The position numbers and the translations under genes are program-made. Shown here one piece after another: positions 23,456-30,934 of a stretch of DNA of 30,934 nt; the first letter of the stretch is position 1; each line of letters opens with the position of its first letter. The stretch is from Octopus sinensis (taxonomy: Eukaryota). The notes beneath the pieces are model-generated. The model saw nothing but the letters and a program-made list of their open reading frames with translations, was not told the origin of the DNA and searched no databases. The stretch lies in contig NW_021832363.1 in the NCBI RefSeq assembly GCF_006345805.1, positions 1 through 30,934 of the forward strand, read 5' to 3'.

Positions 23456-24319
23456 AATTCCAGAGATCCCTGGCCTGGCAGTGCTGACGAGAAGCGCTAC
23501 CCGTCGGGATAAGCTCTACAGACAGGCTCGAGAAACACGGGGCGACCTGCCGAGATGCGGGTCAGAGCGACGAAACCGTTCTGCACGCACTCGTTCAGTG
23601 TCAACAATTTCCGACTGTGGGCTTATGTCGAACACTGCTGTCACGTGTGGGCGAGTCGGTTATCAGCTGAGTCTATCGTCAATATTGTCACGCCTCCTTC
23701 CTTCAAACGGGAAGGAAGAGCTATTTTCATCATCCTTGTGGCTATGGCGAAAGAATGTATCTGGTGGATTGGAGACAAACACTTCCCTCTCTGGTCAATC
23801 TCTCATCAACTTCTTCAAGTACCACTTGAAAAGGAAAGTGAGAGTAGAGAGGCAAGTTTTGTCTAGCGAATGTTTAAAAAAGATGGGTGAATGTAGCAAG
23901 AATGGCACGTATGAATGACGAAGCCACCTTGAGCATAATCCTATGAACCCAGAAATTGAAAACAGAGATTTGCTTATTTGCAAAAAAAAAAAAAAAAAAA
24001 AAAAAAAAGAAATATATAATGTGACTTCATTGACGAGGTTACCGTGGTCTTTTACGTAGGCTTTTCTTTCCACGGGTAAACCTCACCTGCCTCCCCTTTA
24101 CACTTCATATTGACATTTCTGTGATAACGATCCCTATTGATCAATTTTTTTCCTCTCCCCCCTTTTTACCCCCCCTTTTTTTGTCCTCTTTCTCTCCTTA
24201 CGATCCCTTTTTGATCCAAAACTCCCCCCTTCCTTTTTTTTTTTTAAACCTTCAAACGAAAAGCTCTACCTTGTAATTTGTTCTATCTGTGTGCAGCCCG
24301 TGTGGCTAATAAAGAAACA
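23456..24319 (+). mobile_element. 5'-truncated Tx1/L1-clade LINE, copy 2
   Basis: Colinear with 19980-20914 at high identity with scattered 1-bp indels; same 3' end GGCTAATAAAGAAACA. Confidence 0.85.
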
Positions 24320-24392
<73 letters not shown>

Positions 24393-24510
24393 TATCTATT
24401 CTATCTATCTACCTACCTATATATCTATCTATCTATCTATCGATCTATCTATCTATCTATCTATCTATATATCTATCAATATCTATCTATCTATCATCTA
24501 TCTATTTATC
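24320..24510. repeat. (TATC)n array, 3' flank of copy 2
   Basis: Direct reading. Confidence 0.95.
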
Positions 24511-24516
24511 TGTAAT

Positions 24517-24795
24517 AAATGACAGAGAAAGTATTTGAAGAAATTTTATTTAACAATAAGAAAATTCTAATATCACGACAAATTGTTTCGTAATTTAAAA
24601 ACATGTAAATTATTTATATTTAGTAATAAATAAATTACATATCTGAATTAATGCAAAATGCAAAAAATCCTTCAAAATAACGCAGAATTTAAGCTAAGCC
24701 GTCAGGTAAATGAAAATTCTTTGTTAAATATGTCGTGATATTAGAATTTTTCTTATTTTTAGATAAAATTTCATCAAACTATTTCTCTGTCATTT
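24517..24795. mobile_element. MITE-like foldback with about 65-bp inverted arms
   Basis: 24517-24580 versus the reverse complement of 24731-24795 match at 58 of 65 positions by hand alignment; 150-bp AT-rich spacer; no clear TSD. Confidence 0.6.
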
Positions 24796-25667
24796 GTGAC
24801 ATTTTGCGCTCCTTATCGTTTTCTCTCGTATCGTACTACATAATGTATATGTTTTATAAAATGATATATCAAGGAGCTTTTTTCATGAGTACTACCAGAA
24901 TATTTGTACCAAAAACAAAAAAACAGAAAACACAAAATGCTAAAAAAACAGATTGGTTCATCTCAAATTCTTTGTAAACTCTTAAATATATCTCCTGTGT
25001 ATATATATATACTACCAAACAAACATGATTTTTATTGAACTCCTAATATTTTTTGTTTAATATTTTCTCAAATATTTTCTTGTAAACTGTTTTTAACATT
25101 TTCTTATTATTATCAAAGAATGTATATCTGTATTTTAATACTTTTGCGACAACCAGTACTTAACATAACAAAGCTTATACAAAACTATACATTTTACGTT
25201 TGGCAATCATTTTCTAAAAAATTTAAACCAGTCAAGTGAATAAACATCTTTAAAATTGCATTTTGAAATCTTCTTTCATATATAATTCCAGTCGTGCGGT
25301 ATCTTACAACTTCACTTTGTTATATATATATATATACTGAGGTTATGAGAGGTAATGCTGTCAGGAAGAACCGATGGTGTCAGGTGATGGTGAGTAAGTG
25401 TTATGGACAACCTATAGTTAAGCTCCAGGTTTGGTGATTATGCGAATGAGGAGTCCAACGTAGGTCATATATTAGCATGCGTCTAAATAAAAAAATCTTT
25501 CACACCCTTGGATTTTTTTTTATCTCATTCTGTTAATTTTTTTATATGTATACACAGACATGCAGGAAGCAAATAGACAAATTTAATTTTCAAAATCTAT
25601 CATTAATAAGCAAAGCGAACAATTGAAATGTAATCTGTAGGTACACTGGGCCATGCGCCTTCAAACT

Positions 25668-25721
<54 letters not shown>

Positions 25722-25779
25722 TATAAGATATATATATATGTATATATATTATATATATATATATACTATATGTTTATAT

Positions 25780-25950
25780 ATTATTCCCTTCGCGGATCTT
25801 TCCTTCTCCTATGTTCCGACGAAGAGCTCCGCTCGCGAAACATTAAACCCTCCTCTTCCTTCTTTCCTGAGGTCCAATAATACTTATTTGTTCCACCTCC
25901 TCGCGTTGCTCGGTTTTTTTTTGTTTTTGTTTTCTTGTTTGGATTAACTT
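25780..25950 (+). mobile_element. Putative Penelope-like pLTR fragment with degenerate hammerhead motif, between (TA)n arrays
   Basis: CCGACGA-A-GAGC-tcc-GCTC-gc-GAAAC at 25816-25841. Confidence 0.4.
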
Positions 25951-26003
<53 letters not shown>

Positions 26004-26194
26004 TATATATATTATTTATATAAAAGGGCTTAGTAAAATAAATTACTTTGCCACATACTGGACTCATTAGAAATAGCAGCTAGAAAAATTTTTTTTTTTT
26101 AAAAACTATTTCTAATACTTAAAGAAAATTTTCTCTCATATAGTTTTGCTCAATTCAACTCACGAAATTAATTAATTTACCCTCAATTGTTGAA

Positions 26195-26231
<37 letters not shown>

Positions 26232-26258
26232 ATATATATATATTATATATGATGTATA

Positions 26259-26303
<45 letters not shown>

Positions 26304-26304
<1 letters not shown>

Positions 26305-26520
26305 GGTCCCGGGTTGATTCGGGGTTAACCACAGTAAATAAGCTACTCAATGCATAGCAGAGTAAAATTAATTTATTATATAGAAGGAGCTTCTACAGGA
26401 CTAGAACTGTTTCATTCAGAGAACTTCAGGAAGCTAGTTAACAAGAATTGTATTGGCATTTATACATTTAGGCAGGTTTAAAGGGGTGGTGGTGGGGGAC
26501 TTTTGAGGGGTAGCATAGCG
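26304..26520 (-). mobile_element. Putative Penelope-like pLTR fragment abutting (TA)n
   Basis: Reverse complement contains CCTGAAG...GAAACAGTT, then an AATAAA and GGTTAACCCCGAATCAACCCGGGACCT ending at (TA)n. Family assignment is from recall. Confidence 0.3.
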
Positions 26521-26669
26521 CAAAAAAACATACTTGGGGGAGTGGTCAAGGAGACAGTGGTAAATTAGATAGAAGAATAAAATAAAGAATATAAAAAAGG
26601 GGAATAAAAAAATATATAGAAGAATAGAGTTTTAGGTAAATAAGGAAGATCTCACTTATACCTATACAC

Positions 26670-26777
26670 ATATGTATACATATATACACACACACATATA
26701 CATACTCACATACATACACACACACACCCATATATATATATATATATCCACACACATACATACACATACATATATCT

Positions 26778-26825
<48 letters not shown>

Positions 26826-27039
26826 ACATATACATACACATATACATGCATATACATATACACACGCACATGTATATATACACACACACACGACCACACA
26901 TACACATACACACAAAAAAAATATATACATACACACACATATACACATACACACATACACACATACACACACATATATCCAAACACCACATGCACACACA
27001 ACACACAAGTCCCTATATACTCATATATACTTATACACA

Positions 27040-27094
<55 letters not shown>

Positions 27095-27585
27095 TATATA
27101 TCATATATATATAATATATATATACATACATATGTGTACCTATTCATACCTACACATACACACATATATACATACAAATACAAACCATTCCCTAATTTTA
27201 ATTTTATTATCTTCATTTATTACTTTTGGTTATCTTTGACCGCTGGTCACAAGCATCTGGCTATAACAGCTAGTCCCTTTTATCTTTTCTACTTGATGCA
27301 CAAGCACTCACTCACGCACGCAAACTCGTTAGCACGCACCTCACTCATTCGTACACTCATACACATACACGCACGCACGCGTTATATTCATACATACATA
27401 CATCTACATACATACACGTATATACACATACGTAGGCGTACCTACAGATTCAGGTCTACAATCTTAGAAGACTAATAGTATATACATATACACCAATAAA
27501 TATATATACACACATACATATACACCTACATACAAATACATACATACATATATATACACACACATATACATACACATACACACAC

Positions 27586-27627
<42 letters not shown>

Positions 27628-29429
27628 CATATCCGCATACATACATACATACATACCACCCCATACATATAACATATAACACACATACATACAACACACA
27701 TACATACACATATAACATACACGCACATACACATATAACATGCGTACCCATACGCACACACAACACGCGCATCCATATACACATAAGTACACACATGCGT
27801 AAAAAGTAGACATATATCTATGCTTACACATACACACACACACACGCCACTCCTTATGTTATACTTACATGCATACTAAAAAAATATGTAATAAAATATA
27901 TATACGTGCAGTTATTCATACATGCATACTCAAAAAAATAAATAATAAATAATAAATAATAAATATTAAGATATATATAAGTGCAGTTACCTATATACAG
28001 ACGGATACATACATATAAACTTACACACACATATAGATAATATATATTATATATATATATATATTACATTATAGATATAATATATATATATATATATATA
28101 TATCTATATATATATATGTACACATACTTACACATATGTACATATACATACACACATACTAACTCTACGTACCTACATATACCTAAACACACGAGCGTAC
28201 ACGTATATGTACATATACACATACACATACACACGCATATATACATATATACACATACATACACGCACATATACACATATATGATATATATATATTATAT
28301 ATAATATACACATTTATATATTATACATATACACACATACACACATATATACATACATATAAATACACACACATACACATACACACATATATATACATAG
28401 TATATATACATATATATACACATACATATATATACATATACACATACATACAAACACATATACATATACACACATACACACACCACACATTACATATATA
28501 CACACACACATCACATACATACACACATACATACACACATATATATATATCAACATACATACATATACGCAGATATACAGATAGATATATATTATATATA
28601 TACATATACATGTGTGCAAACATACATACATACTCATACACACTCTCACATTACATAACATATATACACACACTTTACCACATATATAGATACATATATT
28701 ATATATATATACATACATACATATAAAATATAGATATCTATAATACAACATATACACACATATCTATACACACATACACATATGTACACATACACACACA
28801 TATCACATATATTATATATAGACATATACCATTCAACACATATATATATATTATACAGATATACATATACAGATAATTATATATATATACATACATACAC
28901 ACCAAACACATATATATATACCCACACCATACACATACACACATATATATACATATATACATACATATACACACATACACACACACATATTATGTACATA
29001 CCTACACATACACATACATATACATATACATATACACATGCACATACGTATAACTCTACATACCCACATATACATATACATATATATATATACATACATA
29101 CACATATATATATACACACACATATAATTATATATGTACACATGACACACACATATATATACCATCTACAATCTTGTATAGACAACACATTTACATGCAC
29201 ATACACATAAACTCTACATACCTACATATACATCGACATACTCGCGTACACTCATATAGATATATATATCTATATACACATACATATACATATATATATA
29301 TATATATATACACATAGATATATATATATATAAAAATAAAATACATATATACACACGCACATATACATACATATATACATATACACACCACACAAACTAC
29401 ACATACATATACATATATATATATATATA

Positions 29430-29463
<34 letters not shown>

Positions 29464-29488
29464 GATATATATATATTATTTATATATA
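26670..29488. repeat. About 2.8-kb (TA)/(CA) dinucleotide mosaic, interrupted by unique sequence at about 27170-27480
   Basis: Direct reading; source of the YIYI/VCVC ORFs. Confidence 0.9.
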
Positions 29489-29744
29489 TCAACAATTGAG
29501 GGTAAAGTTAATTTCAGGATTAATCAATTTCACCAAGTATTCAGTATGTAAGGGACCATTATTTTTTTGAGTAAACATTGGTCTGAGAGAAAGTTCTTTA
29601 AGTAGTGGAAAAGTGTCTCTCTCTTCTTTCCCCAACGGTTCACATTCTAGATGTTCTGCTGAGATAAAGGGTGGTTGGGCGGGAAGCTATCTACAACAGT
29701 ATCTCATTACATACGCTCCTAAGACAACGACATCATGGTACCTG

Positions 29745-30301
29745 CTGCGGCGTGGTTGTGCGGTAAGAAGCTTGCTTCCCAACCACATGATTCCGGGTTC
29801 AGTCCCACTGAGGGACACCTTGGGAAAGTATCTTCCGCTATAGCCTCTGGCCGACCAAAGCTTTATTAGTGGATTTAGTAGACGAAAACTGAAAGAAAGA
29901 AGCCCGTCCATATATATATATATATATATATAATATAGATATATATATATATTATATATATTATACATATATATATATATATATATATATAGTATATATG
30001 TATAATGTATGTATGTATATATGTATATATGTATGTATGTATGTAGGTATGTATGTATGTATGTATGTAATGTATGTATGTATGTATGTATGTATGTATG
30101 TATGTATGTATATGGTTGTGGGTCTGTATTTGTTTTCAAGTCATCGCTTGGCAATCGATGCTGGTGGGATTATGTCTCCATAACGTAGCGGTTCAGCAAA
30201 AGAGGCCGATAGAACAAGTCCTGGGGTCGATTTGTTCCACTAAATGCGGTGCTGCAGCATGGCTGTAGTCAAAGGACTGAAACAAGTAAAACAGCTAAAG
30301 A

Positions 30302-30303
<2 letters not shown>
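29745..30303 (+). mobile_element. SINE family A with about 200-bp internal microsatellite
   Basis: Head GCGTGGTTGTGCGGTAAGAAGCTTGC...GGTTCAGTCCCAC; tail CTGGGGTCGATTTGTTCCACTAAA...GACTGAAACAAGTAAA. Confidence 0.9.
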
Positions 30304-30347
<44 letters not shown>

Positions 30348-30419
30348 TATATATATATATACACTCACGCACCACACACAAACACATACACACACACAAA
30401 TATACATACATGCAATTAA

Positions 30420-30575
30420 GAGGGAATCTTAATAGGAAAAGTATATATATTCTCTCTGTTTATTTTCTCTTATTCCTTTCTGTTGAAGAGAATAGGAGCA
30501 TAGGTTCGAAATGTAAAAGAAGACTTTCTCACCTTCCCGAGTGTCAAACTAATACACTTGTATGTTGTTCATTGG
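30420..30575 (+). mobile_element. Putative Penelope-like pLTR fragment with heavily degenerate hammerhead-like motif
   Basis: CTGTTGAAGAG...GAGCATAGGTTCGAAATGTA at about 30480-30515, similar in layout to 25816-25845. Confidence 0.3.
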
Positions 30576-30934
30576 TAGCATAGTGTAAATACATACACAC
30601 TTCTATCTATATATATAAATACTAACGTAGGCATATGCATATTTACATAGACACCAAATCCAGCGTTGATCCAGAGCAGGCTGGTTCCAATAGTGGTGTG
30701 CAACGCAAAGTGGGGTTTAAATCTCACAACAGGTGTTTTGACATCAATAGAATGCTGCCGAAACAGCTGTTGCGAGTTTTCAACACCACTGCTGACGTCT
30801 TTGACGTCTTTGATAAATATATATAATTTAGATGTGTGTTTGTGCGTGTCTGTTTGTGTATCAATAATCATAAGGATTATTATGAAGTAGCATAGCATAA
30901 CCTTGAATTGATTTATCTTTTATAATATAATAAA

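Noticed and set aside
900-30268. Long ORFs in the track (e.g. 12148..13083, 13724..14629, 5873..6592, 26546..29210 group)
   Set aside because: They are translations of di- and trinucleotide repeats, open on several frames and both strands, with no domain content.

Overview
AT-rich, microsatellite-dense eukaryotic non-coding DNA, most likely from an octopus (cephalopod). The species call rests on my recognition of its tRNA-derived SINE families, not on a database search. No host protein-coding gene can be supported; nearly all ORFs in the track are translations of simple repeats. The window holds about 15 SINE copies or fragments from at least three families, two 5'-truncated copies of a Tx1/L1-clade LINE each embedded in (TATC)n on both sides, a decayed CRE-like LINE 3' fragment, a MITE-like foldback, and large simple or higher-order repeat blocks. 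The best signal is a type I hammerhead ribozyme motif at 6986-7048 with every catalytic core nucleotide intact. Five further degenerate hammerhead-like motifs sit in short modules, several ending at (TA)n, which suggests Penelope-like pLTR or retrozyme remnants.
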